Assembly (NCBI RefSeq): GCF_035084215.1
Contig: NC_090333.1
Span: 58,652,001-58,716,000, forward strand
Direction of reading: 5' to 3'
DNA length: 64,000 bases
DNA from: Heptranchias perlo
Taxonomy: Eukaryota
Positions 21,760 through 34,957 of this stretch are shown here, in pieces. Position 1 is the first letter of the stretch, and the number at the start of each line of letters is the position of its first letter. The translations under genes were made by a program, and so were the position numbers. The notes beneath the pieces are model-generated. The model worked only from the letters and a program-made list of their open reading frames with translations, did not search any database and had not been told where the DNA came from.

Positions 21760-23960
21760 TTGTGTTCCATTTACGCAAATTATTTGAACATGGGAACAAG
21801 AGGAATGATGTAGAAGTTGGCACAGAAAAATGTGTTGTACAGTTCTTAACAGTGGAAGAACAGAGTGCAGGATGCAGGTGCATAGATCTTTAAAGGTGGG
21901 AGTGCAGGTAGTAAAAGGCTTAAGAAGGCTAATGGGAATCTGAGTATTATAGATTTATATATTGAATATGAAAGCAAGGAAATTATGCTAAATTTGTACA
22001 TGACTTAGTTGGAATTTTGTGAGCAGTTCTGGGCACCCCATGACAGTAAAGAGTAAAGCAAATATTTAGTACAGTAATATCAGAATGAGGTTATATTTTT
22101 GAAGAAAGACTTTGAAATTGGGCCTTTTTTCATTAGAACAGAGAAGCTCAAGGAGGGTTCCATTAGTCATTTTCAAAATAGTGAGATTGTTTCCAATTAT
22201 TCCAGTGAATCAGTAGCAAGGGAGCATAAACTCAGGGTTATCATTAGTGGGAAAGTTAGAACAAATGTTTTCACACAGTGAGTTATTAGAATATGGAATG
22301 CTTTACCTCAAGTGGCTGTGGAGACAGACCTGAATTTCAGCTCCACCAGCAGAAGCATAGCAATGTAGGTGGCTGTGGATACTGAATCAAATTGCATAGT
22401 TGGGACAAATTGTGACACCATGGAGCCCTAGTAAAATTGAAGTCATTGGGAATCAGGGGGTAAACTCTCCAGTGGCTGGAGTCATACCTAGCACAAAGGA
22501 AGATGGTAGTGGTTGTTGAAGGCCAATCATCTCAGCCCCAGGACATTGCTGCAGGAGTTTCTCAGGGCAGTGTCCTAGGCCCAACTATCTTCAGCTGCTT
22601 CATCAATGACCTTCCCTCCATCATAAGGTCAGAAATGGGGATGATTGCACAGTGTTCAGTTCCATTCACAACCCCTCAGATAATGAAGGTAGCCTGAAAG
22701 TGAGCAGGAGGCTTGCGTGAGGAAGTGAGAGTAAATGTGGGACTCTGGGAAGATTGGAGAGAAGAAAATGCTCCCTCCCCCGGGGGTCTCCATCACCCCG
22801 CCCCCTCCCCCCCCCTCACTGTGCCCGCATGCAGCAAGACCTGGACAACATCCAGGCTTGGGCTGATAAGTGGCAAGTAACATTCAAGCCAGATAAGTGC
22901 CAGGCAATGACCATCTCCAACAAGAGAGAGTCTAACCACCTCCCCTTGACATTCAACGGCATTACCATCAGCGAATCCCCCACCATCAACATCCTGGGGG
23001 TCACCATTGACCAGAAACTTAACTGGACCAGCCACATAAATACTGTGGCTACAACGGCAGGTCAGAGGCTGGGTATTCTGCGGCGAGTGACTCACCTCCT
23101 GACTCCACAAAGCCTTTCCACCATCTACAAGGCACAAGTCAGGAGTGTGATAGAATACTCTCCACTTGCCTGGATGAGTGCAGCTCCAACAACACTCAAG
23201 AAGCTCGACACCATCCAGGACAAAGCAGCCCGCTTGATTGGCACCCCATCCACCACCCTAAACATTCACCACACGGACTGCAGCGGTTGAAGAAGACAGC
23301 TCACCACCACCTTCTCGAGGGCAATTAGGGATGGGCAATAAATGCTGGTCTTGCCAGTGACGTCCACATCCAATGAACAAATTTTAAAAATAAGACAGCT
23401 GCACCTCTGTTGCTGTATTAATGGCACTTGCGATCTACCGGCAGAGAGTGGATCAGCCCAGAGCCTCCCTCCTCGGGAGACCCCAAAGCCAAGGCCATTG
23501 TCATTCCCCGGATGAAGTTAAAATGAAGTAAAAGCTTCTTCAGCTCCTAAGGGAGCTAGCTGGCGAGCATTCCGTTGAAGCCTTTTAAGGGCATATTGCA
23601 TGGAATTTTCTGGGTAACCCAGGAACTCCCCCAGACGTCTGTTTAATGTAGTGAGGGAGGGTGGAAGACCTACTTGCTCGCTTTCCCCCACCCCTCCAAT
23701 CCCCTGGCCCCCACCAGAATTTAGGGTAGGTCTTGGAATGAGGCAGAACTAGGTTTCTCCACAAATAAAGATCCCCCAGTCTACAAATCCGCCATTGGGT
23801 TCGATTGGAACTTCAGACCTAGAGATTATAAACATAATTTAAAAGGAAATTGGATAAGTATTTGAAAAGCAAGAATATAAAGGGATATGGGGAAATGGCA
23901 GGAAAATAGGATTACAGTTGTTAACTCCACATGGGCCTCCTCTGTTGTAATATCTGTGAT
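21760..23960 (+). mobile_element. Nested cluster: old CR1 (21760-22325 and 23820-23960) split by a MITE-like element, which is split by a family-2 LINE fragment (22415-23390)
   Basis: The CR1 3' sequence resumes at 23820. LINE RT ORFs are 22503..22697 and 22754..23290, with the tail at 23300-23390. Short TIR-like ends lie at ~22325 and ~23807. Confidence 0.7.
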
Positions 23961-24346
23961 TTTATAACTCTCCTACAGCATCTATTTTTGTCCTCTGTAA
24001 AGCACCTTGGAATGTTTTTACTATATGTAATGTGCAAGCTGCTGCTATACCTGACCTGGTTGTCCTTTATTAGGCAGTGTAGTTTAATCTGCATCATGCC
24101 TTTGCTGTACCTAGTCTAGAGGAGCTTGATGCTAACACTGGGTGACCAATGTTTGATCTCCAGCACTGGCAGCTTTCACCTACATGGATAACATAAATTC
24201 ACCAGAGAGCATAATTTTTAAAAACATGCCTTGAATTTTGGGAATCAAGTTTTTAGATTTTTGTTGCTTAAGTTCTAAATGTTTAATAAGTTTAGAAATA
24301 TCCAATAAATTTTTTTTAAATTATGTATTTTTCAGATTGTCTTCCA

Positions 24347-24813
24347 ATGTCTTCGCACATCAATACATGTCCTGCATTTGAATTTGGGCCTATCTATGTG
24401 CGTGAACAGGGACAACTGCACCTGTTAAATGGTGCTTCAAACTTAAAGGCGAACACTGGAAAACCCAAGTCACTGCGACTGTTTCAAAAGGGCTTCACTG
24501 TTAAACTGTGTATTGAAGATGGAGACAAGCCAAGCACTTGCAGGACTGATCACATTGTTTTCACTTACACAAAGGATGGGAATCTTCGCTATTCTCCCAA
24601 GTCGCTTTTTGATGTGGTGCTTTCTTTTATAGCTGACAACATACAGCACGTTGACTCATTAATTGGCTTCCCAGAGCAGATTGCTGAAAAACTTTTCACT
24701 GCAGTAGAAGCAAGAAAGAAATTTATTGATCCCAGCACATGCACCAAGGCTCTATTTATATTCAGTGAGGCCTATGGAAGCCTTGTGCTCCAGTCCCTGT
24801 GTTTACGAGAAAG
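24347..24813 (+). CDS. LRRC42: LRRC42 first coding exon (exon starts at 24336)
   Basis: MSSH...GPIYVREQGQLH...TDHIVFTYTKDGNLRYSPKSLF...DSLIGFPEQIAEKLF...LCLRE, ending AG|GTAC. Confidence 0.96.
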
Positions 24814-24869
24814 GTACAGTCTCTCCTAACTGATCTGATGTGGCAGTATTGAGAATTCAAGACCCTGCG

Positions 24870-24985
24870 TGTCAGCATCTGTGGAGTTCAGAAAGGGCCT
24901 GCACCTGAAACGTTAACATGTCTGTTCTTTCCATGGATGTTGACCGACCTGCTGTGTGCTTCCAGCATTTTCTCTTTTTGTTTCG
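24870..24985 (+). mobile_element. Decayed second Penelope-type pseudo-LTR; another remnant at ~29000-29100
   Basis: gaaagggcc..cacctgaaacgttaac...gacctgctgtg..ttccagcattttct resembles fish and shark PLE termini. The hammerhead core is degenerate. Confidence 0.45.
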
Positions 24986-25787
24986 GCTATGATTGCAGTG
25001 GTGACTACAATTGGTCTCAGCGCCCCTAAGTTAGGGAAGGGGAAAAATGGACCACCAGTCCTATCCCTCCTTGCTGTCTAGTGATTGCTCCTGGAAGGTG
25101 CACGGGTGGACAACAGCTGAGAACAAGGTTGGACTTGGCTGTAATATGCTTCCCCCAACCCCAGTCAAATAGCCTGATGACACACAATGTCTCGCACACG
25201 AATGGTCACTTGGGAAAGGCACTTGAGAGCTCTCAATATTCCCTAGGGTGAGACTGCACGTTTTTAAGTGGGGTTAAAATTGCTTGGAGCAAAATGTAAG
25301 TTGTTTCCTTGTTATACAATACAACTGCTTCATTTCATACTGTAAGTGTCCAATGCTTATTATGCAATGAATTGAGTTTGGTAATTTAGTGACCTTTCAA
25401 TAAGGGTTTGAAATCTTTCCCTTTTCTCTTGTCCACACCATTTTCTTTTCCCTTTTTCTGCTCTCATCAGACCAGGGACCTCCCATGGCTGAGAGGGCAG
25501 CTGGATGATCTGCCTCCAAGCCTCTGCCAATTGCTGCTGTACACCTGGCTGTTAGGACTTGCGTGCAAATGTCCAGGTGGCTACTCTCCCTCTGATCTCA
25601 CTGCTGAGATGCGATATGCAGGGCAGGCATCTCCTCACCATGGTACAGCTAAGATCAAAGATCCAGTGGAGTAAAGCAATCAAACCTACATCTCCCTGCT
25701 CTGTGGCACCATTCCAGTTTGGTTACCATTACTGGAATGAATGAGATGTAAGCTACATCACTATTCTGACAAAATCATTACAGTTCA

Positions 25788-26165
25788 GGGACTGGATGAT
25801 GTAGTGTTAGACACTGATGTTTCACCTCTGGGACCAGGGTCTGAATCCTGCCCTGACTAATTTGATGAACGTCGCCCCTGTTTTCTGACTCTAAGAGCCC
25901 TGCATGAAATGAGCTTGGGCAGTCTCAATTCACTTGCTACTGGACAGGGGCCTACAACACAAAACTGCCCCTAATTTGGTACTAATTGACTGTTGCTCAG
26001 AGAGGCCACTGATGGCTGGTATGGAGAATGGTAAAGGGTTACGCTGAAGCACATTGTTGAGGCAGAGGAGAAGGAACTTTACTCAGCACCTAACCGAGTT
26101 GTGCCTGACCTGAGAGCGCTGGGTGACCAAATCAGAAAGTGTTCCATTCCTCAGTACTAACACCC
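25788..26165 (+). mobile_element. LF-SINE-like element; second copy at ~32180-32430
   Basis: The blocks tttcacctct, gaaatgag...gtctca, tggacagg, cacaaaac, ttggyactaatt, cagagaggcca and gcacattg occur in the order I recall for the LF-SINE consensus. Confidence 0.6.
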
Positions 26166-26573
26166 AAACAACTAACGAAAGTAATATCCAATTTTTTTTT
26201 TTGAAATCATGAAATTAAAACCATCACGATCAGTTGATTTTTAATTTCAAACCGGAACTAGGGATGAATAATTGATGGAACAGCTTTTTGGTGAATCTTG
26301 GTGCTCATCAAGATGAAGAATGTCAGCTAAACTGGGGCCAAAGTACACTTATCCAATCTTTGCCCCTAGTTCAATCATCAAGCTGGGTCTAAGTAGAGAA
26401 ATCTTGGTTTGTATCAAACCTATGCTGTAGCTGACCTGGGAGTGCATGATGCTGACCGTGAAGGCAAAGAGCAGAAAAGTGGTACCTTTTTTTTTGAAGG
26501 CATGGATGTCTCTCACCTCAATGGGCACCAAATCCACTCCAGCATTTCACAAAGGTGCCTTCTATTTTTGCAG

Positions 26574-26705
26574 ATTCCTGATGGTGTCAGAAAAGTTGAA
26601 AGAAATCCAGTCTTTTCGTGGTTTAACGTGCCTGGATCTGTCGAGCTGTAAGCTGGGGGATGAACATGAGCTCCTAATGCACTTGACAGCTGAAGCCCTA
26701 GTGAG
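26574..26705 (+). CDS. LRRC42: LRRC42 coding exon 2
   Basis: tgcAG| then RFLMVSEKLKEIQSFRGLTCLDLSSCKLGDEHELLMHLTAEALV, ending AG|GTAC. 132 nt. Confidence 0.95.
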
Positions 26706-28756
26706 GTACAGTAAGTGTTAGCGTTTCTGTTGTATTCACTATGAGAAATGTTCAGCAATTCCATGCAAAAGAAATCCTTCATGGCATTGTGCCACACCCT
26801 GAGCGGATTCAACACTTTAGCGGTGTACTTGACTGGTACCCGACTTCTTAAATGACTTGACGGTTTAAGATCAGCCTCCGGGGCAAAAGAAGGGCTCAAT
26901 ACCCATTGAGTTAACACAAGTACTAGCTGAGCGAACATGTTGCTGGACATAATCTGAGTCTAAATGAGGGTCTGTAACATTACCAGAAATGACTCCTCAG
27001 TGTTGGTAATGATTTCTCTTAATAGAAATTAAACAACTGAGGCATAAAACGATGAAAGCCTGAAACTGACTCTTGTATATTTCATGCCAGTATCAGATTC
27101 TTGTTCTGATGCGATTCATGTGTAGTCAATTTGACTCTGATCAATTGTTCAAGACTGACACCATAATGGTTAATAGCCATATGACTTTATTTAGCACAAG
27201 CAAGAATTAATACATTACCGTATTTAAGCACTAGTTAATAAAGCACTATTGAGAATTATATTACCCCTGTGTCCTTTGGGAAGAAGCTGTGACCTCATTC
27301 CCCATTCATTCATTCACGTGCTCTCATTCTCATTTACCCACCTGGTACTTTCTTTTCTGTCCTCTACACTAACAAAGTCTCAGACCCCCCTCCACCCCCC
27401 CCCCCCCACCCCCGGCCCAAGTTACATCCCCAAAAAAAGGGAACTGTGGCAAAATACGTCCAATCAAGTATTTACCCAAATACTCCCATTAATTTACCCA
27501 ATCATATAGACAACGTGTACTTGTCCAGAAGAGACAGTGATTGTGGCCCCCCTTATCTCGCCTTATTCTCAATAACAAGATTCTTAGCACAGTGTGACCC
27601 TGCAGTTGATGAATCCCTACAGGCCTTGAAGGTAACGGGAGTACTAGCTAGCTTCAGTATTCCAGTATGTCTGAAGGAGTGGGGGTACCATTATGTCCCT
27701 CCCTTAGTTTGCAATAACAAGATTCCCATGGCTGTTAGTGCCTACAGCTGCTGTAGTTTAATTTAAAAACAGTCTATGTTATGGTACAGTAGTTTCAGCT
27801 AAAGCCTCAACTATTTAACCCTTTTGAGCCTGGTTCCCCTAAAACACCTTCCAAACCTATATTTTCTTATGTTATATTAAATATTTAACAAAGCATTTCT
27901 ACCTCTTTGTTCTCTAAATGTATCTAAAATGTCACTTTCTGCAGCGACATGTAAATCTAGTGGGTCCAGCCTGTAATATCCTTCAACAAACAGCGCTGTC
28001 TGAAACTATATAGCAAAAAAGTATTTTCATATTTAAATTCAATCCTGATTGACCTGCCCAATACTCTGTTAGACTTCCGCAGTGTCCTCTCTAGCGGGAT
28101 ATCCAAACTGCAGCCCATGGTTTCATTTCTGGCTCTCGAATCCTTTCAATCCAGCCCACAAAGCCCAGACTACGCTGTTCCATTTGTGCTTGCATTTCTT
28201 GCTGGTTTGTCCTGTTGAAAAAGGACTGTTCTTAATACTGGTTTCATCAGTGGTTAAATCCTAAATCAGAGCACCAAGACCTGTAGTATCTGCAGCGTGA
28301 GAGATATATGCAAATTAATGGAAGCATCGATTTAAATTTTATCTGTAGCCCCCAAGAATTCATAGTATGGATTTAAGAAATAAAGCCTGGACAGTCCTGC
28401 TGCACAGAGTTAGCCCATAATATTGGGTGAACATTTACACATCCATATTGTGCAATTCTGGTTGGTGGGAGGGGGGGTAGAAATGATACAAAATTCAAGG
28501 AACTACTGGTACAGAACTCACCAACTCTATAAAATGTTGTGACACAACCTTCCTCTCCTCCCTCAGCTTAATGGCCCATCTTCATCAAATAGTATTTTTA
28601 ATTTATGTCCTCTATAAACTCTTAATTGTTTTAATTCTTGTTTGTGATGAGGGTCACTGCGTTGGACGATAATAAAATGGTTGTGACAAAGTTTTGGTTT
28701 TTTTTTCTCACTCTTTCTCCGCACTAATCTTCATTGTTCCCATTTCTTTTTCCCAG

Positions 28757-28875
28757 TCTCATTTGCTTATACCTTGGGGATAACAGTCTGTCAGACTGTG
28801 GTCTGCAGAAAATGACTGCGCCCGTCCGAGTGATAAAGAAGGGTTTGGGGAATTTGGAAGTGCTGGATCTGTCTG
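28757..28875 (+). CDS. LRRC42: LRRC42 coding exon 3
   Basis: cccAG| then SLICLYLGDNSLSDCGLQKMTAPVRVIKKGLGNLEVLDLS, ending G|GTAG. 119 nt. Confidence 0.95.
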
Positions 28876-29494
28876 GTAGGTTTATTGGCGTTCCAGATAA
28901 TTCCGGTTTACTTTTTGCAGTGATGCAAATTTTAAAAAAAAAGACTTTCTTTGCAAAATAAAGCTAGAAAATCTTGGACACGTACAACAAAAAATGGGTT
29001 AATATCCACTGGAGACGGTAGCCTGTCTTTCTCTTTTTAAGATGCTGACTGGCCTGTTGTGCATTTCCAACATTCCTGGTTTTTCTATCTTTAGACTTTG
29101 TGTGGGTTTAACTGCAGTATGTTCAGTATTTGCGCTGGCCTTACTTTGGATCTCATTATACTGTATCATAGAACAAACTAAGTGCACACATTTTGTAATG
29201 GCTGTACTTGCGTCTTGACATATCCTAAACACACACTCTCTTGTCCTTTTTATGTTGTGGATTACAGTCAGTCCATACAGGTTTATTAAAGTGCAAATGG
29301 TTTTTGAGTATATCAGCTGCAGATGATGTGCAAATTCTACTGGAATTAAAATAATTTGTGATGCCATCATTGAAATTTTGTTACCTGCTCCCAAACTTGT
29401 AATGTTTCCCCTTCATTTTAGAATAAATTAGCTTAATTTTGACTTCACCACATCACCATTCAATCAAACAGTGAACTACGTAAAACAGCATGTA

Positions 29495-29930
29495 AGTGAA
29501 AGAACTTTTATTTGTAAAGTGCATTTCCCAAAGCACTTCAAAGCCAATGAAGTACTTTTGAAGTGTAGTCATTGCTGCTATGTAGGGAAACACAGCAGCG
29601 AATTTACACGTATCAAGATCCTACAAACAGATAATGAGTAGTTACACTTTTTTTGGTATTGGTTGAGGGATAAATGTTGGCCAGGCCACCGGGAGAACTC
29701 CCCTGCACCTCCTCGAGTAGTGCCGTGGGATCTTTTACATCCATCTAGAGGGCCGATTTGAGCCAGTTGTTTTAATGTCTCATCCAAAAGACGGCACCTC
29801 CAACAATTTAGCTCTCCCTCAGTATTGTACTGAAATGTCAGCCTAAACTAAGTGCTCAAGTCTCTGGAGTGGGGCTTGAACTCACAATCTTCTGACTGAG
29901 AGTGCTACCACTGAGCCAAGGCTGGCACTT
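29495..29930 (-). mobile_element. DeuSINE-type tRNA SINE (SacSINE1/AmnSINE1-like); partial copies at 33810-34070(-) and 53920-54020(+)
   Basis: Minus strand has a tRNA-like head (ttggctcagtggtagcactct, gagttcaagccccactccagagacttgagcac) followed by the Deu-like block gaggtgccgtcttttggatgagac. Confidence 0.7.
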
Positions 29931-30279
29931 CAGTGCAGGTTGAGATAGTTATTTCTGGTTACATTCGTCACAAAAAGGGGAATCAATATTGTGTGAATTA
30001 ACCATTCGATTACAGTGATGAGACTTTGTGGATGGTTCAGTGGGCAAGTGCACTGTCCACAATGGTATTGAATAATACAAACCAGAAGTTCCCAGGTTTG
30101 ATCCCTGGCCTATGCTGAAATTACTGTAATGTTAGGGATTGCTTGTACTTTGCAATAATTCAGGAAATATGATGTCTTGAGGGACTGAAACTTCAACATA
30201 CACTAAATATGGAGGTCATTACTGTATCCATGCTCTGTATAAACTACACTGTAAAGTGACGGTATTACATTAAGTTGAG

Positions 30280-30580
30280 TATGGTAGTGTAGTATGGACT
30301 AGCAATCCAAAGATCAGAGTTCACATCTGACCGTGGCAAGTTGTGAAATTGGATTCAATAGATCTGGTAACTTGTGAGCTGACACCAGAAAAAATTACTA
30401 TAAAGCTGCTATATTGTAAAAACCCAACTGCTTCACAGTCCCACACTGTGGTTGACTCTTAAGTTACTCAGCTGTGAAAACTTCTCAAGATGAAGGCCCA
30501 CTATCGCCTTCTCAGAGAAAATAGGGATGGGCAATAAATGCCAGGGTCACCCACATCCTGAGAACAAAAACAAAAAATAA
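30280..30580 (+). mobile_element. Bipartite tRNA-headed SINE; another copy at 32855-33160
   Basis: Head tggtagtgtagt..ggactagcaatcca..gagttcacatc, a body shared with 54300-54590, and tail ttctc...tagggatgggcaataaatg shared with the family-2 LINE 3' end. Confidence 0.75.
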
Positions 30581-30769
30581 AAGTTCCTCCCCCTAAATGC
30601 CTGTCACAAAATATGGAATAAAGTAAAATCAACATTCTGGGATATTGTCAATTAACTTTAAAAATACAAACATCTCCCAGAGCAACAGTAGATTTGTTCA
30701 GAGTTCCTGCAATAGGATCCTTAAAACAGAAACCAATTATTACCTGCACTGTTGTTTCTTCTGCACTAG

Positions 30770-30858
30770 GTAACCCCAGAATCAGTGAGCGTGGCCTGCG
30801 GTTTCTGTGCTGCTTTTCAAAGCTGAGGGCTCTGGATATCTCAGGAACTGGTGTTTCG
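30770..30858 (+). CDS. LRRC42: LRRC42 coding exon 4
   Basis: actAG| then GNPRISERGLRFLCCFSKLRALDISGTGVS|GTGAG. 89 nt. Confidence 0.94.
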
Positions 30859-31502
30859 GTGAGGATAGATGATAAGTTTACATTTAGTATACTCTTATCT
30901 CGGTGGTGTCCGAACTGAAACTGATTCCCTTTTATAACGTATATTAGATAGAGAATTTCTTAAAAATCAGCCACAGATTTTTTAAACCTTAAAGATGTCT
31001 TTCTTGTTAATTCTCCATCGCATGTCTGGAATAGAGAACAATTGGAGAGTTGGCAAAAAAAATGTATAAAACTGAATTAAACTCCCATGTCAACTGAAAC
31101 AGTAAATATTATAAAACAGAAACCAAAGTGATTTCAGATTGTAATTTAATCTCTTGGTTTGGATGACCATTAAACTGCTCAAGCTTTGCTCCTTAGGGTT
31201 TCTGATCTGACCCCCTCTGTTGGATCACTACCCTGTAATTTGCTTCTATGTAGTCCTTATTCTGATTTCGTGCTACTGTTTTTAAGTGTACCCTGCCCTT
31301 GTTGTCTTATTTTTCCTCCCTCTCCAGAAGGCACTGATTCTTGCAATCCGGTTCCATGTGCACCAACTACCTTATGGTACCCTGTGGTACCTTTACCAAG
31401 TAGCCATTTTTCTTGTCTTAAGTTCAGTAAATGTTGGTAGTCCAGTCTATTGATCAGTGGGGGGGCAGCACAGCCAAACCTGATTCTGTCCTCATTCGCT
31501 AT

Positions 31503-31504
<2 letters not shown>

Positions 31505-31540
<36 letters not shown>
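31505..31540. repeat. (CA)n microsatellite
   Basis: About 18 CA units. Confidence 0.95.
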
Positions 31541-31542
<2 letters not shown>

Positions 31543-31983
31543 GCAATTTCCAGTGGGGTTTGTTAGATGTTGATCAAGAGCAGGAAGTTTGGCTGATTTT
31601 TTTTTTTCTTCCTTTTCTCCCCCTCTCCCACTGTCCAAGGGTGCTGAGACCTAATGTAATGCCTCAGCTGCTGCCCTAGCAGAAATCAGCTAACTCAGTG
31701 CAAACCTGGTCTGTGTAACATTGAATGGTGCATTTACCAATCGAGCCATCAGGGGAGCAAGCCGTTGTCATGTTACAATCTTTGGTGCCATTTTCTTCCA
31801 TTAACCTGACGTATGCACCTCCTGCTACCATGAGGATAGGACAGGCAGCTGCTCCCCAAGGTCACCACCAATCTACCCAGATAACTGTCAGGAGTAAAGA
31901 CTCCCCATCTGATTTTCCCAATTATAGAAAGTTAATGGTGTAATTTAAGTTTTTCACTAGTTTTAATTTTCCTTTTGTAATAG

Positions 31984-32097
31984 CCCAAGTGCTCATCAAT
32001 CCAAATGATTCGGAGCAAATTGTCGCTGTTTCCTGCTGGGGATCCACTGGAGGAGTTTGAGCACTCGTGCTGCAGGACAGAAGGCTGGGCAGAGCAG
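31984..32097 (+). CDS. LRRC42: LRRC42 coding exon 5
   Basis: aatAG| then PKCSSIQMIRSKLSL...EEFEHSCCRTEGWAEQ|GTAC. 114 nt. Confidence 0.93.
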
Positions 32098-33286
32098 GTA
32101 CTGACTGGTAGAAGTGTTCCAGTTTTCCAACATGATTTTGACAAACATGAGCTGGTTTTAAAAACTGCAGTTTGGAGACTTGAGTGTTTCAGTGGTTCAG
32201 TTCGGAGACCTGATTTCAATCCTGTCCCGATTAATAGGTTGAAATATTCCTTTTACTGCTGCCCGAACAGGTCCCATGTGAAATGAGGTCTTCCTGGCCG
32301 TTGGCCCACAGCATAATATTACTGCTAAATTGGCACTAATTTGACAATCTCAGAAAAGCCACATAACTTATGGGTTTTCTTCTGGGGTTGATGTTAGGAC
32401 ACATTGTTTGGGCAGAGGAGAGGGAGCTGGATGTATCCAAAACCTCTAAGTATTATTGGCTCAGTGGCTCCATCAATAGTGCAGAGGGGTCATTGCTTTC
32501 AATCGCTCCCATGACATTTGAACTTGTCTTAATTGGATGAGTTTCAGGCATTTGCAGATGAAATTCTCACAGCAGAGGACTTTTTGTCTCAGATCGGGGT
32601 GAGGAGGGAGGGAAGTTGGAACAATTTCACTCTACAGAGTTGCATTTCCTGTCAACCCAATATAGAGTCTGGGATCTTGTGCATGATGATTGTGCTAAAA
32701 CTTGCCCTTTTTAAAACCTGTATGTCAAAGAAAATATATCCATGCTTTAGTGTTTTCACCTCCAGAATATAAGTTTAAATAAGTTCCTGGTTCCACTTGT
32801 TTGGTATTGCGTCTTTGTTTCTGTGCAAAACCCCTCTCCCTATAAAGAATACGATAATGCAGTAGTTATGGTACTGGAGTAGCAACTCTGAGGTCATAAG
32901 TTAAGATCCCACCATGTTAAGTTGTGAAATGCAATTCAGTAAACTTAGTAATTTGTGGGCTGGCACTGGAAAGATATCCATGAAAGTTGCTGGATTGTTG
33001 TAAAAACCCAACTGGTTCATTAATGTCCTTCAGGGAAGGGAATATGCCACCCCTGTCCAGACTGGCCTACATTTGACTCTGTCCCATGCACATGATTGAT
33101 TCTTCATGCCCTCCAAAGTGACCCAGCAAGCCACACAGTTGTTAAAATACAAAAAAAAGTGTCGTTTTTTCATCAAGATATAGTGACATTTCTGTTTCTC
33201 CAGAAAATAAATGGTACAGTTTTTAAAATTAAAGTTTATTTTTCATACCCTTGGAATTTTTAATTTAAGTTTTTTTTTCACTTCAG

Positions 33287-33362
33287 GTGGTTTATCAGTG
33301 GGAACGCATGTCTGTCAGACGACGCGAGAACGCTAGTGGCAGAACAGTGGCACAGCGATTCT
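33287..33362 (+). CDS. LRRC42: LRRC42 coding exon 6
   Basis: ttcAG| then VVYQWERMSVRRRENASGRTVAQRF, ending T|GTAAGT. 76 nt. Confidence 0.93.
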
Positions 33363-34957
33363 GTAAGTAGCTCGGAGGGAGTGTTTGACACAGTTACTGC
33401 TTTCATCTATGAGCATTATGAAACCAGCATAGCCCTGATTTTCAACTAGATCCAAATGTTCTGAAACTAAAGATCCTGTCAAATTGGAACCTGTTTATAT
33501 GACTCCAATATACAACAGTATAAATTGTAAAGATCTCTGTTTTCACATTACAGTTGGAACATTCTAATTTTTGGGAACAAGTTATGGCCAGCAAGCTTAT
33601 CCCTCTTTGATAGATTAATCCCACCAACACATCTTCTCACTATATATCTCAATCCTTTCTCTCTCCAGAAAAATATCTAATCGTCTACACAACTCATTAA
33701 TACTGTCTGCTTCAATGATCACCACCACTCCATTACCCTTTGCGTACAATTTTTTTTAAAAAATGCCTTAGTTCCCTTCTTCAAATATCCTATGTTCCCT
33801 GGTAAGAGAGAGAAAGAACGGACTTCCACCTGTGCACATCCTCAGGACTTAACAATCATTGAGATGCTTTTGCGGTGTAGTCACTGTAGTTTTGTAGGCA
33901 AACACAGCACTCAGTTTCACACAGCAAAGTCCCAACTATCAGTTTTTGGTGATGTTTGTTGAGGGACACTGGGAGAACTCCCTGTTCTTCAAATAATGCC
34001 ACGAGAGCCATTACGTCCACCTGAACAGGCAGACAGGTCCTCGGTTTAACATCTCAACTAAAACACAGTATTTGAATCCTTCACCATAATGAACAATCCA
34101 TTTGGGTCATTGTTGTCAATTGGCTTCATAATCATGAAACTTCAGTCAAGATCACTTTTCCAGAGAAAATTAGTCCAACTTCCTTAATTTTTTCCATATC
34201 TTAAATTCCTGATATCTTAAGAGTTACAAAAATGAACAACGAAGAGTGATAATTTTCTCTCCCTGAATAGTAAACAGAACAACATACAACTCCAGATGGG
34301 ATTGTTCAATACTTTTTACAAGAAGAATACATCCCATCTGATTTGTATTCTGCAGTCCTATCTTACTTTTTGCTGAAGTTAAGATTATGGTTTCATAGAT
34401 TTATCTGTTATTAACCCAGATCAGCAAGATGCACACTATCCCATTTGACAAATACTCTCTTTTGCTGCTTTGCTCCAATACTAATTATTTTATGCTTATC
34501 TGCCTTGAATTGCATTTGCTATCAGTTGGCCCAATTACCTAAAAGATCTAAATGTTTCTGGATCTGGTTGCATTGTTTCTCATTATTTGCCCTACCTCCT
34601 ACTTTGGTACCATTTTCAAACTGGGAGATTTTGCTTATGATTTCCTTATCTAAGTCATTGCCTTATTATAAATAGCAAGGATCCCAAGACTGACCCCTGG
34701 GATACACCACTCATAGCCTCTTTCCACTTGAAATGCTACAGTTTATTTTTTCTGTTTCTAAGCTAACTTTATGCTGTGTCATACTTTACCTCTTATTCAA
34801 TGACTCCCCACCTTAGCCATTAATTGCTAGTTGGAACTTTCTCCGAAGCTTTGAGAGTCCAAATATATATTAATTGCAATTTCACTGTCAGTAATGTGTT
34901 TGGAATAACTCCAGCTAAATGTGACCTCCATTTCCTGAATCCATACTGATTGCTCTT

